Position numbers and translations under genes: made by a program
NCBI RefSeq assembly: GCF_000485595.1
Contig: NW_014577063.1
Coordinates: 729,198 to 781,314 of the forward strand
DNA: 52,117 bases
Reading direction: 5' to 3'
Origin: Priapulus caudatus
Taxonomy: Eukaryota
The notes under the pieces: model-generated
What the model saw: only the letters and a program-made list of their open reading frames with translations
What the model was told of the DNA's origin: nothing
The model's database searches: none
Shown: positions 45,099 through 52,117 of the stretch, piece by piece
How the letters are laid out: the number at the start of each line of letters is the position of its first letter
Numbering within the stretch: the first letter of the stretch is position 1

Positions 45099-45370
45099 AT
45101 CCATGCATCCATCCATGCATGCATCCATCCATCCCATCCCATCCCATCGCACCGCATCCATCCATCCCATCCCATCCCATCGCACCGCATCCCATCCCAT
45201 CCGATCCCATATCCCATCCCATCCCATCCCATCCCATCTCATCGCATCTCATGCCATCCCATGACATGCCATGCCATGCCATGCCATCGCACCACATCCC
45301 ATCCCATCCCATGCCATGCCATGCCATGCCATGCTATGCCATCCCATGCCATCCCATGTCATCCTATCCC
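45099..45370. repeat. (CCATC/CCATG)n pentamer satellite inside the Helitron
   Basis: Direct inspection. Confidence 0.92.
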
Positions 45371-45521
45371 AAACAGTAAAAAATAATAAGAAATCAAAAG
45401 ATAAAAGACATTAAATATAAAAAATAAAAAGTAAAAAGTAAAAAATTGAAAATAATACATACTAAAGAAGGAACCCTAACCCTAACCCTAAAGGGAAAAA
45501 AGGAAAAAAGGGGAAAATAAG

Positions 45522-45593
45522 TTCCCCAGGTGGGACTCGAACCCGGAATCCCGGTGTAGGAGACGGATGTTCTAGCGATTAGGCCACTGCGCC
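45522..45593 (-). pseudogene. tRNA-Arg(CCT)-derived pseudo-tRNA inside the Helitron
   Basis: GGCGCAGTGGCCTAATCGCTAGAACATCCGTCTCCTACACCGGGATTCCGGGTTCGAGTCCCACCTGGGGAA. It shares CAGTGGCCTAAT, CTCCTA and GGGTTCGAGTCCCACCTGGGG with metazoan tRNA-Arg(CCT). The acceptor stem pairs only 4 of 7 and the T-stem 3 of 5. Confidence 0.75.
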
Positions 45594-45837
45594 GTTAAGG
45601 GTATACCCATGGATTCACACGTACGTGATGTTAATCTGTACGCACCGCCATCTATTGATGAATAGAATTTTTATGAATTTTCAACTTTTTAACTTTTTTA
45701 AATATTTGTTTCAGCCAGAACCACCTCCCAGACGTGCTGATTCTGAAGATATCTTTAGTTTTCCTCTAGGCTGCGGAGTTCTCTAGTTATGCGAGAACGA
45801 ACTAATTCGGCTGAACAACTTTATATATATAGATGTA

Positions 45838-45869
45838 ATATATACAATATATATATATATATATATACG

Positions 45870-45926
<57 letters not shown>

Positions 45927-46032
45927 TGTATATATATATATATGTATATATATACATATATATTGTATATATATATATGTATATATATACGTATATATAC
46001 GTATATATATATATGTTGTATATATATATATA
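45838..46032. repeat. (TA)n microsatellite
   Basis: Direct inspection. Confidence 0.93.
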
Positions 46033-47184
46033 CTGCTTAAAGCAGTGATAATATCGATTTGTGCTGAACACATGGACGTCGGTAATGATGGATGAGAAAG
46101 CGGTGACAGCATTGTGACGAAGACAAGGCAGCTGATTAAGACAGGAAAGGCTATTCTTAATGAACAATTCGTTCGGAGACAGGAGGTACTTGAATCTCTA
46201 TCAGTGGGGAGCCTAACCGTGGCGAATGAAACGCTTGATATGGTATTGGTGTCAAATTGACGGGCGGTAGAAAATCTAGGATGGATGTGAGAAACGCGAA
46301 ATCTTCCCGGGCGCTGAGAAAGGATCACTTTAAAGCCCTACAGCAAATATTTTCGCACACGTACGTAATGCTATACTCTGTTTCAAGCAGGAACGTACAA
46401 CATTCCCTGAGCGACATGATAGGTGTCCAACATTTGTCGGTTACAGTTGATGACATCATTCGTCAACGACATTTGCGCACAGCGTCCTTGGGTCACATTG
46501 GCATGCAATATATATCGTGGGTCAGTCTGCCATGCGGCATTCGTTAGCGACATTGGTCGACAAAATTTGTGGATGACATTGATGCACATCCGTCATGCGC
46601 AACGTCTGTCTAAGGGTCAGCAACGTAAGTCGCCGACGCGCCGAAGTTTGAATTGCTCGTTAATAATTTACGGAACCTGTTACCAAAAGCTTTTAAAAGC
46701 CGTGTTCTGTTTCATGCCGATTGCCAGTTTTCGGAGATTTGCGATGGCCATGTAGCGCGTTTGCAATCAGTCCGCTCGTATATCAAAGTCTGCAGTGAAT
46801 GTCCCTCTCACTGGCTCTTATAGGCCGTTGTATATCCGGGAAGTTCCACGAGCGGCTGAGTGCTGCCCCGCATGGCGCGGGATTGTCGACTCAAGTTCCC
46901 ATAAAATCTACTTCAGTTTGCATGAGCGGCAAGGAAAAAATCGATGCTGAAAGAGGCTGCTTGTTAGCGGCTTTTCACGGAGGGCCACCGTTCTCGCATG
47001 CTCCTGCGAGATTAGTCCGCCAGAATGTCTGCGTCGTGTCGTACTACTACTCTATGTGCACGCATTCAAAACCGGGGCGCACTTTACACCAGTATAGCCC
47101 GCCTGGTGAATTACGGCTCGGTTTCCTGAGATGCACTTCAGAATCTTTTTGTGCGAGGAACTGGCGACGCGTTGGAACGCACTT

Positions 47185-47185
<1 letters not shown>

Positions 47186-47273
<88 letters not shown>

Positions 47274-47376
47274 ACCGCATGCAGTAATTGTAGCCCACAG
47301 TTCACCGACCTGAGACTACATAAATAGGTCCATGTTTGCGCATGAACACACATATATATATATATANNNNNNNNNN

Positions 47377-47436
<60 letters not shown>

Positions 47437-47520
47437 GGTGTGTGTGTGTGTTGGTGTGTGTGTTGGTGTGTGCGTGTGTGCGTGCGTGTGTGCGTGCGTG
47501 TGCGTGCGTACGTGTGTGTG
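47186..47520. repeat. (GT)n tracts either side of the gap at 47367-47376
   Basis: Direct inspection. Confidence 0.9.
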
Positions 47521-48004
47521 TTGTTCATTCTACGCGCAATATATAGCTTTCGGGTGCAAACCAACGCATCCGTTCACGGTGAGCTCTGATGGCCACTGAT
47601 TCCAGTCAGATATAGAAGCTGCAGCCGCATACGACACTGCTAAAACGTTTAGTTCTTCTTCCTTACTTAGAAAGAAATATCTGAAATTAAAAGTGAATGC
47701 TCACTTTCGAAAGATTTTTTTATTGGTTGAGACTGCGCCATTTCAAAATGAAGATTTATTATTTATTTTTCGAGATTAATTCTCCTTCCTCGCTCCCAAG
47801 ATAAATGTTTCTTTTATCGGAATTTATTCTCCTATTTCACTCTTTACGTCCTGTTCTATGTAAGTAATTTCTCGCAGTGCGTGTAATATGTAGTCCGGCA
47901 TCGATTTAAGCAACAAAGTGGTGTTAGTAGCTGGCGTATTTTACGAATCCACGCATATCGTGGACGTTGGCTAAATTGCATGCCTAAATAAAAAGAAACG
48001 TGAT

Positions 48005-48148
48005 TACACTATTGTACACTATGTTACTATTGTAAACTATTTACGTGTGCGCTATGTTATTATTGTAAACTATTTACGTGTACACTTGTACACTAGTGTA
48101 AACTATTTACGTGTACACTTGCTACTAGTGTACACTATGTTGCACTAT
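48005..48148. repeat. Degenerate minisatellite (CTATTGTAAACTATTTACGTGT-like)
   Basis: TGTAAACTATTTACGTGT three times plus ACACTA variants. Confidence 0.7.
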
Positions 48149-49097
48149 TAATTACCCTATTACACAACTTATTGACAGTTCACCCCCCACCCCCATCCCC
48201 CACCCCCGTCCCACCGCCCCTGAAGTATGCCCTGCATGTAGTTACATCTTTACGTTTTTACACTATGACGATACGCTGTAAATCGCGCTAACATTTCACA
48301 TTTCAATCAGTATCTCCGCTACCAACGCTGCGGCTGCACTATACAATTTGATGTCCGATTTCTACGCGTTTTTTCCCCGATTTCCTGTTCTCTTCTTACA
48401 TGCGGATACCACTGAAAGTAACGCGTGGGCACGTGCTAAGACAGGAAGGGCTAGGACAGGCTCTCTCACAAAAATCTCGCGCGCGCACGCTTCTGCAATA
48501 AGTTCAACACGCGTGTTTTTACGGGGCGAATCTCGCCTACGTGTCATCGCGTAATGTGTGCGGGGCCGGCTTTCTTAACGACCGCCGCTCGGATATACTA
48601 CGCCATAGCCTACTACTAGTCGGTGTTATATTGCTGCGTTGAGGCGCAGACAGGTTACGAGACAGAGAGACATGCACCGCGGGGTGATGCATGTTATTGT
48701 CGCTGTACTATTTATCTTTGATATCATCTCGACGGGCCGCAGCAAGCGCCGAACCGACCGCCTGCATTCCTTCGGCCCGCGTGTGAATGCGACTATGATG
48801 CAAAGGTTGCGATCAAAGTTATGATATTTCTAGTTTGCTGCTGTTTGGTGTCGCGCCGTGTTGGCTGGGAGACGTATAGAAGAGGGTTGCTGTACATAAC
48901 GGCGCGATAGCTTACGGCGACTACGGCTGTCGGAGGCATGTACTTTCGTTTCACCTGTACTCTTCTATCGTAGTATATCTATGAGTGGTGCTATTTATCC
49001 CCCTGGCTCTATCAATAAGATCATATTATCTCTACCGTCTCTCTTTCACTGCACTTTGCCTCGCCGCCGTTTCAAATATTATGTTTCATGTGCGCCT

Positions 49098-49320
49098 CTG
49101 TCTGTCTGTTTATCTGTTTGTATATCTGTCTGTCTGGCTGTCCGTTTGTCTGTCCGCCCGGCAATCTGTCTGTTTTTCTGTCTATCTATCTATATGTGTC
49201 TGTCTGTCTGTCTGACCGTCTATCCGTCCGTCCGACCGTCTGTCTGTCTATCTGCCTGTCTGCATGTCTGTGTGTGCGTGCGTGCGTGTGTGCATGCACG
49301 CATGCACGCATATATGCATG
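49098..49320. repeat. (TCTG)n/(TCCG)n/(GCGT)n degenerate microsatellite
   Basis: Direct inspection. Confidence 0.85.
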
Positions 49321-49732
49321 TATATATGCTTTTAAGTCTTTGTCTCGCTCGCTCTCTCACTCGTCACCCGCGTCTTGTCTGTTGCTATAGGATACATGGC
49401 TTAGATCAAGATAAAAAGCCAAGATGTGTTTTTCCAAACACAATGAAACCACTTCAAACACTTGAGGTAAACACTTGATGTAATCTGATGTTATAGGCGC
49501 TATACAGTCTTGTAACAGTCACAGTGGTGCAGAACAAGATAAGAATGAAAAAAACAGCAGTCTTTAAAGAAATATGCGTCAATATAATAATATAACCCCC
49601 CTTGTGGTTAGTACCGCAAAACAAAGAAAAACTCCACGACAAACATATAGGAGAAAACTGAGGTACACACTAATGCTGATATAATATCAGTTGCAAATGA
49701 GTTATTGATTTGAATTATGATTATAATGTACT

Positions 49733-49893
49733 CTAATTCGTGTTCTCTAGAATGTTCATGTTCTCTAGAATGTTCATGTTCTCTAAAATGTTCACTTATG
49801 CTCTCTAGAATGTTCACGAATGTTCTCTAGAATGTTCACTTATGCTCTCTAGAATGTTCACGAATGTTCTCTAGAATGTTCACTAATTCGTGT
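49733..49893. repeat. Minisatellite of TCTCTAGAATGTTCA units
   Basis: Seven copies with 17-21-bp period, bracketed by CTAATTCGTGT direct repeats. Confidence 0.85.
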
Positions 49894-51856
49894 ACTCCTG
49901 ATAATGTCGTCTGATTTTTCGTGACGTACCGATGCAGTGTGAAGTCACTATGATGACCTGTCCAGCAATGAGAGAGAGACACAGCAATCCGGAGAGAGTA
50001 CTGGAGAGAGAGCTTAAATGTGCCGTTTAAGAAGGCGTTTAAATGAACCGAACGCGGTAATAACGCCCTTACTACATGCTTCCTGTGTGGCCAAAGATTA
50101 TCGAGTGGCCAATTAAATCATTCTAGGACCTAGAGCACTTATATCGCTATCACACTCTCACTTGCATTGATTGCTACAGCTGTCGAAGCTGCCAAACACC
50201 ACAGCGAACCGATCTCCGTTGGGGGCGGTCGAAACCCCGGGTTTCTAATCAAATCCGCGGTAAGCCGCGTCAAGTGGCATGCTAAGACGCTTCGAAAAAC
50301 GACCTGGCCGCGATTGTAATATCGCGTGATGTAATTCTGATGACGTAATGACGCAGTAGTGAGTCCTGAGCACCGCATGGAGTCACGAGGACATGTCACT
50401 TATACCCGAATGGGGTCGTAGAGTGGATTGTGTTGTAAAGTGGATTTTTTTTCTCTCTCATTCCACAGCGTCAGCAAATGGGATACTCGTGTGATGAGCG
50501 TGCTTGCGCATTTTAGAACGTCTTTTTTAAGAATGTCTAACGGAGAGCTACGGCGTTTAGGCGTATCAAACAATTCTCTGAAGTGTAAAATCTTGGGAGC
50601 CTTTTCTTTCGGTTACGTGACTTCATTCCTTCCTGCGGGCGTGATGTGCAGTGTGGCGGTAATGACTCGGCACTGTCACTGGTTCTGGGTGGTCACTCTA
50701 CCTCAACACGCTGACTAGACATGCAGGTTCCAAATGAAGTGACAAAGCCTTCACACCCCTGCTGCTTATTTTTGGGCGCTAGACGTGTGGGAACACGACG
50801 GGTTGAGGAGGAGAAGGCAAGGTGGGGAGGGGAGGGGGGTAGCTCTGAAAGCAGCTCGGTATAGTACTGGAGGAAGAAGGAGTGCGCGTGTTAGGCGGTT
50901 GGGGGCAATCGAGGTCAGAGTACATTATAATTTGTTATGGTGACCTGCGTGTTAGCTGGTCCATCGCAGACTGTTACACGCGCGCAGTAAGAGCACCTAA
51001 GTATAGTTATAAGCATAAGTAGTGTGGTTCGCGAAGGAGGGAGTGCGTGGGAGTGAGGGGCGCACGGGCGTCTGGCAGTAGAGAGCTCATCAAAATACCC
51101 ACGGCTCTTTCAGCAATTGCATAATATTTACATTGACCTCCGACAGAAACTGGCGGTGGTTACTACTAGCCAGCAAGTATTCTGCCCCCGATCTGGTAGT
51201 ATATTTGTTCATGTAGTGGCTTATGTAAATGCGGGCAGCACATGCCCCACATTAAACGTAATATTTGAGCAATATCGAGTGTTTGCACGACAAAGTGAAT
51301 GGATAAAGGGGGCAAAATTCGGATGTTGTTCAATGTACTGCAATGTAAAATGGACGTTGTACCTGCGCACAATTTTTCTATTTGACGGAGCCATATATAT
51401 ATTCGCTCCCGAGCGAGTGCGATTGTGTATTCAAGCTAGCTTATGTTATGCGAGCGTTCTGAATATGCCCCAGTCTGTAAATAAGGCACCTCAATGCCAA
51501 AGTTTAATTAAAGTTTTTAATTTTTTTTAGCACGGACAGCTAGAATGGACACATTTACCAATGCCGGTCGTTGATGGGTGTGCGTGCGTGCGTGCGTGCG
51601 TGCGCGTGCATGTGCGTGTGCCTGCGCGAGCGTGTGTGTATCTGCTGCTATTGTACAGGGACATTTTTACGAAGGGATCCTCACTGGTGGCCACTGGAGA
51701 GGGTTCTTGGTTCTCTCTAGCCGTTGTTTGCTCTACTTTTAGTTCGTAAATATTTGGGCAACGTATTACGACGTTAGAGAGTGCGGCACTCGCCAGCACA
51801 CAGGCATTTTTATTTCGTAAATATTTGCTGCTTGCTGGCTTTTTTTGCCAAGCAGA

Positions 51857-52091
<235 letters not shown>

Positions 52092-52117
52092 GAGACGACG
52101 ACGACCGAGACGTTAGG

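Larger units (their letters stand above)
44988..45833 (-). mobile_element. Non-autonomous Helitron (846 bp)
   Basis: Minus strand reads A|TCTATATATATAAAG ... CCCGGGCAACGCCGGG hairpin, TATCCCG CTAG|T. It has a 5' TC, a 3' hairpin plus CTAG, insertion between A and T, and no TSD. Confidence 0.88.

Noticed and set aside
45522..45593. Functional tRNA-Arg gene
   Set aside because: The acceptor, anticodon and T stems have multiple mismatches, so it was called a pseudogene.
51103..51392. Possible MITE with GGCTC...GAGCC ends and the overlapping 137-aa ORF
   Set aside because: The TIR similarity is short, there is no TSD, and the ORF has no recognisable motif.

Overview
This window is intron-rich genomic DNA from an invertebrate animal, taken from a draft assembly with three 10-N gaps and many microsatellites. 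Most ORFs in the supplied track are repeat artefacts. Four spliced genes can be reconstructed. (1) The 3' five exons of a ZDHHC16 palmitoyltransferase (+, 165-3241), preceded by a U12-type branch point. (2) A 144-aa WBP1/VOPP1-like PPxY transmembrane adaptor (-, 7230-8508). (3) A complete 8-coding-exon RNase T2 (-, 12010-17445, about 303 aa). (4) Head-to-head with it, the first two exons of a CRIM1-like gene (+, 19216-21723), followed by more than 30 kb with no recognisable further exon. Introns and intergenic DNA contain many non-autonomous DNA transposons (hAT-, Kolobok-, Harbinger-, Mutator-, Helentron/HINE- and Helitron-type) and a tRNA-derived SINE. The most notable observations are: overlapping U2- and U12-type splice signals in an RNase T2 intron (possible twintron or minor-to-major conversion); a recurring class of CA...TG palindromic inserts with 7-8-bp target duplications and self-templated filler; and a Helitron carrying a tRNA-Arg(CCT)-derived Pol III cassette. 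Family assignments rest on recalled motifs, not database searches.
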